Part shown: piece by piece, positions 1 through 10,201 of the stretch
Position numbering within the stretch: position 1 is the first letter of the stretch
How the letters are laid out: every line of letters starts with the position of its first letter
Source of the DNA: an uncultured virus (IMG/VR IMGVR_UViG_3300020213_000017)
Lineage: Duplodnaviria > Heunggongvirae > Uroviricota > Caudoviricetes
IMG/VR virus record: IMGVR_UViG_3300020213_000017
Reading direction: 5' to 3' (one strand)
DNA: 64,000 nucleotides
Notes under the pieces: model-generated
Databases searched by the model: none
What the model was told of the DNA's origin: nothing
Seen by the model: the letters and a program-made list of their open reading frames with translations, nothing else
Program-made: the position numbers and the translations under genes

Positions 1-521
1 TAAAAACCACTAGCTGAGAAAAAACCACCATACCCGATAGGAGTGCCAGGACTCTTGGTAATCCAAAAATTTCCACCCACCTCTTCGGGATTAGTCTTGA
101 TAACCTTCGCCACGATGTTGTCGGTCTGGAGATTTAGCCCAGCCATGCCTTGGAGCAGTTTCAGCTTATCGGCATCCGTTACACCACCACCACCAGAGCC
201 AGTTACGCCACCAACGCGCCACACACCGGCAGCTAAAGAAATGTCGCTCACCAAGAAATATCGCTGGGTTCCGGCGGCTACAACCCCAACGGCTCCCCCA
301 CCATTAGCATTGACGGTGATTGCTCCGGTGGAGCGATTGTTGATATCGAAACGTCTGCCGATGCTTAAAGTAGTAGCATCAGGAAGCACCACAGTCTGCG
401 TGGTAGTTCCGGTGAACTGCTGAATGGGTCTGCTTGAGGCCGTGAGCGTTGTGGTCCCCGCCGCCGTGGCGGTGGAGGTTAATCCCTCGACCAAACTTCC
501 AAGTTTATAATAAGTGCTCAT
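1..521 (-). CDS. Partial virion/receptor-binding protein, paralog of the adjacent Kelch-repeat protein (runs off window)
   Basis: Not in the ORF track. ATG at 521 overlaps the TAA of the upstream gene. Reads MSTYYKLGSLVEG...QFTGTTTQTVVLPDATTL...NRSTG...NPEEVGGNFWITK, open to base 1 and colinear with the N-terminus of 521..2956. Confidence 0.85.
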   Translation of the reverse strand, partial: MSTYYKLGSLVEGLTSTATAAGTTTLTASSRPIQQFTGTTTQTVVLPDATTLSIGRRFDINNRSTGAITVNANGGGAVGVVAAGTQRYFLVSDISLAAGVWRVGGVTGSGGGGVTDADKLKLLQGMAGLNLQTDNIVAKVIKTNPEEVGGNFWITKSPGTPIGYGGFFSASGF

Positions 522-2956
522 TAGCTAATCCTCAAGGCTGCGCCCAAGACTACGTTTTGAATTGCTGAAGCCCACTGGTACACGTTGGAGAGATAAGCTC
601 CATTGTTGCCCCCCATGGAATATCCGCTATTACCTACTGACCCACCAACAGGCCCGTAGGCTGATATTGGATATGCAGTCTTACTAATCCACGCATTTAT
701 TCCGTCCTTAAAGAGATAATGAATAGTAGAATTACCCCCGCTGTACGGAGCTGCAATATGCCAACCATCTTCTATTACAAAACTGCTAGCTGATTCCACG
801 TTCGCTGCCGTGGCGGCCATGGTAAGCCAACTTCCAGAAGCGTCATTAAACCTCTCGTTTATTGTACTGGTCCCACCAACCATGTAACCAAATCCATTAA
901 GAGCCGACATCATTCCGCCGTAGTGAATGTTGTTCAGCGTGGCTATGTTCGAACTCCATGAATTCGTGGAAAGGGTGTAGCGATATGTAGATAATTGATG
1001 TGCCGGGACTGTTGGACCACCAGAAGCAGAATACGCAAAACCATTAAGCACCAAGTTTCCGTTTAATTGCCCGGAGCCACCACCAGTAGCCACCGTAGTC
1101 CACGCTTTGAGAATGGTATCGTAGAGCATAGTACCGCCGTCAAGCAAAACAGCACCATTGTGGCCATTAGTGAATCCTCTGCCGTAAAGAGTGGACGAGG
1201 AGGTTAGCCCACCAGTATACGCTTCACTTAGGTTTCCGTCAGTCTCTCGTACTGAAGCATTTAGCAAAGTATCAAATCTTTGAGTCTTCTTGTGACGCCC
1301 ACCAACATCAAGCCCGTAGGCCCCATAGACTTGTGTCCCAACAGTAAATGAACAACTGTGTTGAGACACAAAAGATAAATTTGCTTTAGTTACCCACTGA
1401 CCACCACCAGTAGCGGCCAAGTAAGTGGGCAAGCCGATCTGGAGTTCGTAGTTGTAATATCCACTTCCATTCGCGGCAAACTTAGCAAAAGTCTCGCCCT
1501 GCTTTAAAACTGAATCTGCGTTGGCAGTAAGGTTCTTCCAATTTGTACCATCGGTGCGGATTCTCACTGGCACACTGGTCACTACTCCACTAAGCGCAGC
1601 GGCAACAAAGATGCTAGTTGGAGCGGAGGTGGATTTCTTGGAGAGAGGGACAGCTAAGAAGGAGAAAGGGGTGTAGCTCTCAATTGAGGAGATGAGGGTT
1701 ACGCCGGTGGTCTCGCCGCCTAGCACATAGGCTACACCATTAAGTGAGGCACCAGAGGTTAAATTAGAATGCGCTCCAGTGGGTTTTGGAGACATTGTAT
1801 TCCACAAGTTGGCGTCTACATTGTAGCGGTAGTTTACAGCGCTGTACGCTGGCCCTTGACCACCCATCGAGTATCCGGTTCCGCTGGCGAACGTAGCTGG
1901 GCCATTTTGAATAGTTGTGGCAGGATGATTTGCAATAGATACCCAAGAATTGGAAACAGAAGAAAAAGCGTAACCAAGATTCGTAGCAGCAGTTTCTCCG
2001 CCGATAGAATAATATTTATTTGGAGAAGCGAAGCCTAAAGTTTCTCTTCTGGAGATGGGGCGATCAGCTCTTGAATACCAAACATTAGCAACAGAGTCGT
2101 AAATTAAAGATGTGGCAGTAGGAGAGCCAGAAAGGTCTCCACCAGATAAAATCCCATACCCATCAAGCACTGCTGGAGTGTACGATGCTCTAGTAGCTGG
2201 TAGAGCGGCTTTTGCAGACCATGAGTCCAGCACATCGTCATAAGCTTGAACGACAGCGGTTTGAGATGCTTGGAATCCGCCAGAAGCATATCCAAGGGTC
2301 AGTGCAAATCCACCAACCTGAGTCGTGGCAGTGGTCAGAGCAGTTCTTGCCAAAACAGCATTAGAGTCATCATTATAACGCTCAACAGTAGTAACTTTTG
2401 TAGAAACAGGATTCTCTCCACCCAAGGAGTAAATAAAGCCGCCCAGAGTGAATGACCCGGTGTATCTGCGGACAGAAGACAGAGGAGTTTTCGTAGTCCA
2501 AAAATTTCCACCGATTTCTTCGGGGTTTATCTGCAACGTCACCGCGTCAGTTTGAGAGTCTTGGTAAAAAGAACCAGCAAGAGCTGATAATGCTCCAAGT
2601 TTTTCAAGAGAAGTAAGGGTGACAGAACCACCCCCACTTGACTCAACCGTAGCATCCCAAGCTCCAGCAGCGGTTGAGTTGTCAGTGCAGCGAAAGATAG
2701 TCTGAGAGTCACCATTTACAGTGGCGGCTAGAGATCCACCGTTGTAGTTTACAGTAACAATGCCAGTGGAGCGGTTGAGGACGGCGAACTTGCCACCAAT
2801 AGGAATGGTGGTTCCGACAGGTAGAACTACAATGTGAGTAGTGGTGCCGGTAAATCTCTGATATGACGCAGAAGACGCAACAAGCGTTAGTGTAGCGCCA
2901 CTTGTATTAGTGGTGTTCACTCTTTCAACTAACGCACCTTGTTTCCTATAGGCCAT
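521..2956 (-). CDS. Kelch-repeat (beta-propeller) virion protein, probable receptor-binding/tail appendage
   Basis: Repeated GG...Y...W Kelch-type units (YSLGGE, YSIGGE, YSMGGQ, YVLGGE) in two blocks after an N-terminal phage fibre-type anchor. Confidence 0.8.
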   Translation of the reverse strand: MAYRKQGALVERVNTTNTSGATLTLVASSASYQRFTGTTTHIVVLPVGTTIPIGGKFAVLNRSTGIVTVNYNGGSLAATVNGDSQTIFRCTDNSTAAGAWDATVESSGGGSVTLTSLEKLGALSALAGSFYQDSQTDAVTLQINPEEIGGNFWTTKTPLSSVRRYTGSFTLGGFIYSLGGENPVSTKVTTVERYNDDSNAVLARTALTTATTQVGGFALTLGYASGGFQASQTAVVQAYDDVLDSWSAKAALPATRASYTPAVLDGYGILSGGDLSGSPTATSLIYDSVANVWYSRADRPISRRETLGFASPNKYYSIGGETAATNLGYAFSSVSNSWVSIANHPATTIQNGPATFASGTGYSMGGQGPAYSAVNYRYNVDANLWNTMSPKPTGAHSNLTSGASLNGVAYVLGGETTGVTLISSIESYTPFSFLAVPLSKKSTSAPTSIFVAAALSGVVTSVPVRIRTDGTNWKNLTANADSVLKQGETFAKFAANGSGYYNYELQIGLPTYLAATGGGQWVTKANLSFVSQHSCSFTVGTQVYGAYGLDVGGRHKKTQRFDTLLNASVRETDGNLSEAYTGGLTSSSTLYGRGFTNGHNGAVLLDGGTMLYDTILKAWTTVATGGGSGQLNGNLVLNGFAYSASGGPTVPAHQLSTYRYTLSTNSWSSNIATLNNIHYGGMMSALNGFGYMVGGTSTINERFNDASGSWLTMAATAANVESASSFVIEDGWHIAAPYSGGNSTIHYLFKDGINAWISKTAYPISAYGPVGGSVGNSGYSMGGNNGAYLSNVYQWASAIQNVVLGAALRIS

Positions 2957-3004
2957 CTTCTCTCCGTGTTCTTCACACCAACGCCATAGTATCTATATCG
3001 TATC

Positions 3005-4057
3005 TTACTGGAATTGAGCGACGTGAAATCCGAGTCTATAATTCGCGGAATCCACTGGACTATTCCATGATACTGTAAAGGTTAGGTTGGTCTTGGCAGT
3101 TACGATTACTGCCTGAAATTGTGGATTAGGATCAATTATATTGACCATAGTAGCCACAATTGTATAGTTTGTTCCAGCATACGTATAAGGTAGTGAAATC
3201 ACTAAAGTATCTGCAGTATCTGGAATTTCTTTCTCGCCAGTGTGCTCCTGGACAACAGGTACAATGTACGATAAGAGATAGTTTGCTGAATCTGTAGGCG
3301 CATTCCAATTTGCAGTGAAACCATTGATAGTTTTATTAGTAATAATAATATCTTGAAACTGAGGGTTAATATCAGTGATGTTGACAAACTGAGCCTGAAT
3401 TACATAATTAGTGCCAGGTAGAGCGCTTGGAAAGTTGACCGCAACACTTTGGACAGCATCTGGTATAGCGATTTCTTGAGCAAAACCTGCCTGAATCGAT
3501 CCTGAGCCACCGCCACCGCCGCCACCGAACTGGAAAATCTTGTTCTGAACAACACTCTGAACTATACCAGCATTATTAAAAAGACTGATATAAGCCACAG
3601 GCAAGGTGTTGGCAACAGGGGCTGGAACAATTGCGTTTGCCTCAGCTAAGTCAGAAACACCTTGAGTAACAATCAAATCACCAGAGGAATCCAGAGAAAT
3701 GAGGACTTTGATGTATTCGTTTGGTGGGCAGGTTAGAGTTGTGTTTGAGCCAGGAGAAACGGTGATGTTTCCGCCATTTAGACTAGGGAAAGTAATCGTA
3801 CCAGACGTAAAAGCTGGAATTGCGTTTTGGATATGCGGAATAGATTTCTGACGACCAGAGATTGTGTTGTTTACAATGGCAGGACCAATGGTAACAACAA
3901 GATCGGGCGTAGAGCTTGCATCAACGCGTAAGGGTGCCTGCAAGTCCTTGTCTATAGACTTAAGCAGAGTGTCTAGCTGCTGGCCAGATAGGTACGGAAA
4001 GATTTGCTGGAGCAAGTCTCTCGATATAGTCTGGTTTGCGAAAGGATTTCTTTGCAT
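3005..4057 (-). CDS. Tail fibre-associated structural protein with two C-terminal beta repeats
   Basis: Gly linker, then two copies of 'NYxI...VN..D.NPQFQ..I.T.KT...FT..WN.P.DS.NY'. Lies in the virion operon. Confidence 0.65.
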   Translation of the reverse strand: MQRNPFANQTISRDLLQQIFPYLSGQQLDTLLKSIDKDLQAPLRVDASSTPDLVVTIGPAIVNNTISGRQKSIPHIQNAIPAFTSGTITFPSLNGGNITVSPGSNTTLTCPPNEYIKVLISLDSSGDLIVTQGVSDLAEANAIVPAPVANTLPVAYISLFNNAGIVQSVVQNKIFQFGGGGGGGSGSIQAGFAQEIAIPDAVQSVAVNFPSALPGTNYVIQAQFVNITDINPQFQDIIITNKTINGFTANWNAPTDSANYLLSYIVPVVQEHTGEKEIPDTADTLVISLPYTYAGTNYTIVATMVNIIDPNPQFQAVIVTAKTNLTFTVSWNSPVDSANYRLGFHVAQFQ

Positions 4058-4066
4058 CTACGTTCC

Positions 4067-4366
4067 TTAAGTGATAAATCCGTCAAGTACGATATAGGCC
4101 AGTTTGTAGTTAGAACTATCAACTGGAGCGTTCCAAGTGGCCGTAAAGGCAGTAGCAGACCTGACCGTGATCAAAACGTCTTGAAATTGTGGATTAGAAT
4201 CAACAGTGTTTACCATCCAGGCAACAACTCTAGGGTTTGCGTTTGCGGTTTGTAGCGTAGCAGGAAAATTTACGACAACAAAAGACGTAGCATCAACAAT
4301 GGAAACTTCCTGGTCAACACTGACCGATTTAAGCTGTCCTTTAATTAAGCGGGTTACTTTTGCCAT
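4067..4366 (-). CDS. Small structural protein, stand-alone copy of the repeat in 3005..4057
   Basis: VNTVDSNPQFQDVLIT...FTATWNAPVDSSNY matches the repeats of the neighbouring gene. Confidence 0.7.
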   Translation of the reverse strand: MAKVTRLIKGQLKSVSVDQEVSIVDATSFVVVNFPATLQTANANPRVVAWMVNTVDSNPQFQDVLITVRSATAFTATWNAPVDSSNYKLAYIVLDGFIT

Positions 4367-4408
4367 ACGTGTAACTTATCATATTACAGAGGTTTTCCCT
4401 GCAATTGA

Positions 4409-6457
4409 TTAGTTGATACCTCTAAGCTGCTTGAAATCTACCCAAATTGAAGATGTTGACTGAATCGTTCCGATACAGAAAGCGGCCTCATTTGTAGTAT
4501 CAGCCAAGGCAGAGCCTAAGATGAAAGCTCCAGTTGTGCCTACATATAACTCTTTTCCTACATCGCCAGCGGCAAAAGCAGAATCGTTAGCACCAAGAGC
4601 AGAGGTTCCCAACATGATCACCTGAATATTTCCACCAGCTGATACGCCTGCTACTGAACGACCGATACCGATACCCATGTATTTAGCAGATGCCGAAGCG
4701 TCTTTGTCGGCTTTATATACTCTTCCAGCAGTTTCACCAGTTAAAGCCCATCGAACTGAAAAGGAAACATCTGCAGCAAAAGCTTCACCGGCAACTAGAG
4801 TTCTTGAAACCAAAGGAGCGGCAAGGACGTTAAGAGCAGTACCAGCACCACCAGCAATGGTTGTTTGGTCTGCTACGTCTGTATTGAGTTTTGCAGCAGT
4901 AGTTCCAGCGTCTTTTTGACGAAGAGCGTTTGCGCTAATTTCTAAGGTAGAACCATCAACCTGTACAGCAAGCTTAGATGCGCCGCCACCTGTGATCGCG
5001 CCAGCTGCGTTAAAAGCTGATGCTGCGATTTTATTCTCATCTACAGAATTAGAAGCCATTTTGGCCAAGGTGATACCAGCGTCTTTTACGCGAAGGGCGT
5101 TAGAGCTAATCTCAATCGTTGAGCCATCAACCTGTACAGCCGCGCCGGAAGCGCCTGAAGCAAGAGCTCCAGCTGCATCCATTTTGAGGCCAAGCTCATT
5201 AGAACCAGAGAATTTTAAGCTTGGGTTAGAAGCTTCAAGTTTGATACGTAACTGACCAGCTGAGTTGCTTGGGTTACTAGATTCAAGACCGCTTGCAGTG
5301 GCAAGATCGAGAGAAATGGTCTGACCAGTTACGGTGACCATATCGCCACCGATAATAGCAGCAGCAGAATTGAAATATACCCAAACCATTGGGTCAGTAT
5401 CTAAAACAGCTACATTGCTTTGCTCAACCCAGCCCTGACCTGCTTGCGTACCAGATTGAATAAAGGTGTAGGCTCCGTTAATCTCATCTATAGGCGTAAG
5501 CGAGTCCATGTCTGGCGCACGAACAGCTGCGCCAGAAGCTTGTACAATATAAATACCATTTTCTTCAGGCAGAGTTTGGTTTTTAACCAATACGCGGTCG
5601 CCTGTGACAAGAGTGATACCGTCAACAGTATCGCCGTTTTCTAGCGCACTGGCAAGAGCTATATCTGCCAAAGAAGCAACGCGCACGGCCTGTTTAGGAC
5701 GAAGACCTTGGGCTACAGCATCTACGTAAGCCTTTGTAGCGGCATGTTGAGGCGCTGTGGGGTCTGCCACGCTGGTCAGATTAAACCCACCCATGGACTG
5801 GGCAGCAGTAAAAGCGTTTGCGCCCGAAACAAGAATCGATTGTTCATAGCGAACTGAGTGTCCAGCAGCAGAACCGGCAGCCATTCCAGTAAGCTTAAAT
5901 CCGCCCATTGGCAGATCGGCAGTAACTGTTACAGAGCCGTCTTTTTGTAAAGCAGATGCTATCTTGCCAAGATCAACGTTTGCGTCTGGCATCGTAATTG
6001 TACGAACCGTAGAAGTAGAAATACCAGAACTTTCAAAGGCAATTTTCTTAGTAGGATCAGCATTGTCCGAAATACGAAAAACAGAATCAAGAAAATCATT
6101 CCCGCCAGCAGAGGCTAAAGCGCTGTCGATACCTGCCAAGTGGGCCTCAACATCAGCAGAACCAGGTGTGTAATTGACCGGAGTGGCCTTGACCCCAATT
6201 AGCTGTGCGCCGGAAGTACCAACTGCAGATCCAAGCTCGGTTTCTGTAAAGTACCTGCTATCGTGAGTGTGATAAGCAGCAGCAACATCAGTTCCATCTT
6301 GTAAGGAAACAAGCCTGTCCAAAATAGTTTTGGTTAGTTCAGTATTGGATACTCCACCGCCCACCTTGATGGACAGCCAAACACCAGTGTTTGCCGTTAT
6401 ATCCAATCCAGTAGCTATTCCAGAAGAAAGCTCTAGAAGTTTTACGATATCTGCCAT
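4409..6457 (-). CDS. Tail fibre / virion structural protein
   Basis: HTHDSRY, AATKAYVD, GDRVLVKNQ...ENGIY and VDGSTIEIS motifs typical of phage fibre proteins; Ala/Gly/Ser-rich. Confidence 0.75.
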   Translation of the reverse strand: MADIVKLLELSSGIATGLDITANTGVWLSIKVGGGVSNTELTKTILDRLVSLQDGTDVAAAYHTHDSRYFTETELGSAVGTSGAQLIGVKATPVNYTPGSADVEAHLAGIDSALASAGGNDFLDSVFRISDNADPTKKIAFESSGISTSTVRTITMPDANVDLGKIASALQKDGSVTVTADLPMGGFKLTGMAAGSAAGHSVRYEQSILVSGANAFTAAQSMGGFNLTSVADPTAPQHAATKAYVDAVAQGLRPKQAVRVASLADIALASALENGDTVDGITLVTGDRVLVKNQTLPEENGIYIVQASGAAVRAPDMDSLTPIDEINGAYTFIQSGTQAGQGWVEQSNVAVLDTDPMVWVYFNSAAAIIGGDMVTVTGQTISLDLATASGLESSNPSNSAGQLRIKLEASNPSLKFSGSNELGLKMDAAGALASGASGAAVQVDGSTIEISSNALRVKDAGITLAKMASNSVDENKIAASAFNAAGAITGGGASKLAVQVDGSTLEISANALRQKDAGTTAAKLNTDVADQTTIAGGAGTALNVLAAPLVSRTLVAGEAFAADVSFSVRWALTGETAGRVYKADKDASASAKYMGIGIGRSVAGVSAGGNIQVIMLGTSALGANDSAFAAGDVGKELYVGTTGAFILGSALADTTNEAAFCIGTIQSTSSIWVDFKQLRGIN

Positions 6458-6505
6458 TTTATGCTCCGTTTACAGTTAAATTGTGGTTACCATTAAGATT
6501 AGTCC

Positions 6506-6967
6506 TTACAGCCGACCTATTTTCGTATCAAACATAATCTTCAAATCTTTTAAAAGTGGATTAAATTCGTTTTTTACAACAACACCAATGAAAACGATAT
6601 GATCGCCTGCAACGAATCCGGCCATGCCGATTTCAGGGGTAACATTGGTTAAAAAACCGTCTTTTGCTACATAAAGAGCGTCGCCAACAGAAAAAGCTGG
6701 CAGATCAACCTCTTCTAGACGGCCACCGTCGTAGACTGATCCAAAAGCGGCATTTGGGAGATCTTCTCCAGCTACGCCCAAGAAAGCTTTTATATTTGCC
6801 ACACTGGATACGTTTACCGAAATAAGTTGACCAAAAGAGTTCACTGCTACTGGGGTGCATTGATCTAAAGAGAAACCAGACCCATTTTGGTAGTTAGAGG
6901 TCAAAGATCTACTAGAACGACTTGTCGCATTTGTAGTATCTCCTCTAAAATTTGGACTATAGCTCAT
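6506..6967 (-). CDS. Small virion structural (decoration/cement-like) protein
   Basis: Probable start at ATG 6967 (MSYSPNFRG), because the track's extension overlaps the upstream gene. The GDALYV..DG...IGVV pattern resembles the C-terminal domain of 4409..6457. Confidence 0.55.
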   Translation of the reverse strand: MSYSPNFRGDTTNATSRSSRSLTSNYQNGSGFSLDQCTPVAVNSFGQLISVNVSSVANIKAFLGVAGEDLPNAAFGSVYDGGRLEEVDLPAFSVGDALYVAKDGFLTNVTPEIGMAGFVAGDHIVFIGVVVKNEFNPLLKDLKIMFDTKIGRL

Positions 6968-6977
6968 ATCTGATTCC

Positions 6978-9659
6978 TTAGAAAATATCCCACCCAGTGC
7001 CGTTTGAGACAATGGTGAAAGATTCGTATTGAACTGTGGTTTGTTGAGTATTGAAGCCATCGATAAGCTCTGATCCATCTGCTTCAACGATCATAGGATT
7101 TGCAGAAGCGTCTACTTTCTTTAAAAAGAACACATTTCCAACTGCTGATGCAGCCGGAGGAAGACTAAAAGTTACAGTTCCACTAGAAGCGTCTGCTCGC
7201 AACATGTTGTCACTGGTCATCACTGTGTAGTCAACAATCTTAGTGCTGATAGCAATAGGACCGCCGATAGCATCATTGCCAGGTACGCCCATTGGTCCAG
7301 GAGGGCCTTGTACGCCTACGCCGCCGCCGCCGCCTGGGCCACCTTGGACTAGAATTTTAAACCCTAGACTGTCACCGGCAAAAAGGCTTCTGAGAATTTC
7401 AATTTGGTCACTTGCGGTACCAGCTGCTCCAACTTCATTAAAATCTCGTCCATAGGCGAGTTCAATTCCATTTAGGTCTAGTTCTAAAACGCCTTGTCCT
7501 ACTGTGTATTTTTGAGGTAAATTGCCAAGACGACTATTGTCTGGCAATTGAATTAGATCGCCTGAAATAACAGGAACGTCGATAGAAGCAGGTGGAACGC
7601 CGCCAGAAGCAACTATGTCAACGTATTCGCAATAACCAGGCTCATCAAGAAGAGAAGAAATTTCGCGAATGGCTTCGTCAAGTTTCTTAATAGCAAGGGT
7701 TAAACTGTCACCATCATTGATAGCAAAATTGCCTGAACCAGTACCCTGTTGTGTTACGGTTACAGCAAAAGGAGCGCCAACGTTAAAATTTACAGCATCG
7801 GCACATGTACCAGCAGATTTGTTGGTTACCAATACTTGCGCGATACCCGCTACAGTAGTAAAATCTTCATCATCGGTTGAAGCAAGAACAGTGGCAAGGG
7901 CCTGGGCCGTTTGCGTAGCAGTCTGACCAGTGCTGATAATCCATTCAACATATGCATTTACGAATGGGGCATTTGGCTGAACACCGGTCCCATCCTTGTT
8001 CACCCATACAGCGTATCTGCGAGAGTCAGCAGAAGAGTTGATGAAAAAATACTGGTTGGACACCATCGTGGTAGCATCGCCAGTTGTAATCGTAGTCTTC
8101 TCTGGTAACGAACCTGGATTGAGTGCAGAGGCATACTGTGGCTTGCTTGCAGATTCTAAAGGTGATCCGATATACTGAAGGAGCTGTCTGGACACTCCGT
8201 CGTCGATTTCTTCAGATTCGCCCAGTTCTAGCTCGGAGCCAATAAAGCGAACATACACTTTAGGTATTACGCCACCGTTATCTGCGCGAAGCAGGAACCA
8301 AAAGATATTTTCACCTTCTGGAACGTCTTCGCGGTCTGCGATAAAAATGTGACGACCAGTAGAAGGGGCTGGGGAAGTAGAATATGAGCCAAAAGCGTAT
8401 TTTGCTTTTGCACCAGCTGCACCCGTAGAAGTTCCGCCAAAGTTTTCGGTCAGGGTTATTTGAGAAAGGGAATCTACGGTTTGGATTTTGTAGTAGCCAG
8501 CATCCGTATCCGCACCAGCTTTTACCCAGTCGCCAGCAGCAAGAGGAGCAGTCCAAGCAACGTTACCAACTGAAGTTATAATTGCAGAGCCGTTTGTAAA
8601 AATAAGGTTTGGAGTTACAAGAACGCCGCGCACCAGATTCACATAGGCAACCTGGTTGTCATTCAGAGTGATATCGATAGAGGAGGGGTTAGCAAGAAGA
8701 ACGTAATCAAGACGTGAACCAACCACTTTGAAATGAATGTCTTCATCCCAATTGATCAAGCCTGCGGTGTCTGCACTGTGTGAAATAATACCAGCGCCAG
8801 TTGAAATGGTGTTACCCAAATCCTGACGCAAGCTAGCAAGAGATCCTGAGGTGCCAAGGGAGTACCAATAGGTGGTCCCTTTGATCTCAAGAATCTGAGA
8901 CATGACGGCATCCATCCAGTCCTTGAATGTGCCAAGCATTTTGTCACCACCATGGAATGGATTGACAGCGTTGCTATTCGAGGAAGGAGGGTTTTCTACA
9001 CGGCCTTCGGATTGGGCGGTCCAGGGATAAACGTAAAAGGGGTTTGCGGTAGAACGGCCTGCCGTACCAAGACGAAAAAAGTCACGACGTGAGTCGCCTA
9101 TATCCGTTACGTTGTTGCCAGCATCTGTGGTTACAGTGCAAATTGGCAAAACATTTGTGGCCCAGGTTGAAGCAGTGATCTTAATGCGATAGCGAAGAAT
9201 TTGAGCGCGAGGGGCTACCTTTGTAGTTTCACTGTCGGTAGTAGGGTTCCAGATATACACCTGTGCAGAAGTAGTGTCATCAATAAAACGCTCATACTCA
9301 AGACCAACATAATTGATCGCGTTTGGAGCAAATGCGCCGTCAACAATAGTGTTGGTCGCAGAATTCAGAGGTTCAGGAGGAGTTCCGGCAGGAACCACCA
9401 GATAGGCTCCAGACTGGCTAGATCTGGTGTGGAGAACAGCTGCTTCAGCAACGAACATTTGGAGGGCGCTAGAGGCACCCCCAATAGCACCAGCCATTGA
9501 AAGCTCAAAGCCACGTAGTATGTAGCCTTCTTCTTCGCCAGTGAACAATGCCTTGACTAACTCGTCGAAATCATTGGACGCAGCAGATTCCAGAGCTCGC
9601 ATGTCTGGTACATCAACTCTTTGCTGGCTAATCCAAGATACCCGTCTTTTTACTGCCAT
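6978..9659 (-). CDS. Baseplate-attached tail fibre / structural protein with short collagen-like segment
   Basis: 893 aa; GVQGPPGPMGVPG segment; C-terminal 'TVTFSLPPA..VG.VFFLKKVD...ELIDG...W' fibre-type domain. Confidence 0.7.
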   Translation of the reverse strand: MAVKRRVSWISQQRVDVPDMRALESAASNDFDELVKALFTGEEEGYILRGFELSMAGAIGGASSALQMFVAEAAVLHTRSSQSGAYLVVPAGTPPEPLNSATNTIVDGAFAPNAINYVGLEYERFIDDTTSAQVYIWNPTTDSETTKVAPRAQILRYRIKITASTWATNVLPICTVTTDAGNNVTDIGDSRRDFFRLGTAGRSTANPFYVYPWTAQSEGRVENPPSSNSNAVNPFHGGDKMLGTFKDWMDAVMSQILEIKGTTYWYSLGTSGSLASLRQDLGNTISTGAGIISHSADTAGLINWDEDIHFKVVGSRLDYVLLANPSSIDITLNDNQVAYVNLVRGVLVTPNLIFTNGSAIITSVGNVAWTAPLAAGDWVKAGADTDAGYYKIQTVDSLSQITLTENFGGTSTGAAGAKAKYAFGSYSTSPAPSTGRHIFIADREDVPEGENIFWFLLRADNGGVIPKVYVRFIGSELELGESEEIDDGVSRQLLQYIGSPLESASKPQYASALNPGSLPEKTTITTGDATTMVSNQYFFINSSADSRRYAVWVNKDGTGVQPNAPFVNAYVEWIISTGQTATQTAQALATVLASTDDEDFTTVAGIAQVLVTNKSAGTCADAVNFNVGAPFAVTVTQQGTGSGNFAINDGDSLTLAIKKLDEAIREISSLLDEPGYCEYVDIVASGGVPPASIDVPVISGDLIQLPDNSRLGNLPQKYTVGQGVLELDLNGIELAYGRDFNEVGAAGTASDQIEILRSLFAGDSLGFKILVQGGPGGGGGVGVQGPPGPMGVPGNDAIGGPIAISTKIVDYTVMTSDNMLRADASSGTVTFSLPPAASAVGNVFFLKKVDASANPMIVEADGSELIDGFNTQQTTVQYESFTIVSNGTGWDIF

Positions 9660-9747
9660 GATTTTGGTCCTGTTCTGGTCTTAGATAAAACTAAGATAGC
9701 CTTCTTCTCTAGTAAAGATTGTCTCAAGTCGCGGTTTTCAAGAACCC

Positions 9748-9776
9748 TTGCCTAATAGGTCTTTATCATATATGAT
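9748..9776 (+). promoter_or_regulatory. Sigma70-like promoter
   Basis: TTGCCT-N17-TATGAT upstream of the 9821 gene. Confidence 0.55.
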
Positions 9777-9820
9777 ATATCAAGGATGAATCTTAGTTGT
9801 AACACTCAGTGGAGGTAAGC

Positions 9821-10201
9821 GTGAGCAAATCCAGGCGCGACAACAGAGGTAATACCCGTGAACAAAAGCTTCAACACGAAAATGATAAGTTAAAACGAAT
9901 AGTTAGCTTTCTTCGCAAACAATTAGCAAGAGTTGACTTAGACAGATCTGCCAATGTGCGCGATATTGTTCAGAAATATTACGAAAACGAAGATAAAGAG
10001 GCGTTTGCGGAAAAAGAACGCAAAGGCCTAGAAGCTCTACAGCGCGAATGGCAATGTTCTAAATGCGGTGAGGGTTATCTAGAAATAACGTTACTTAACA
10101 AGTTGGATTCATTGCATTATTATCGCAAATGTACGAGTTGTTCTAATCGAACCAAGCTACAGCCGTACAACAAACATGTTCGCGGAATTGTTAAGAAATA
10201 G
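9821..10201 (+). CDS. Hypothetical coiled-coil protein with C-terminal zinc ribbon
   Basis: GGAGG SD before GTG 9821; CSKC...CTSC motif. Confidence 0.7.
   Translation: MSKSRRDNRGNTREQKLQHENDKLKRIVSFLRKQLARVDLDRSANVRDIVQKYYENEDKEAFAEKERKGLEALQREWQCSKCGEGYLEITLLNKLDSLHYYRKCTSCSNRTKLQPYNKHVRGIVKK

Noticed and set aside
6968..7087. N-terminal 40 aa of the 6506..7087 track ORF
   Set aside because: Overlaps the 3' end of the upstream fibre gene; ATG 6967 is the more plausible start.
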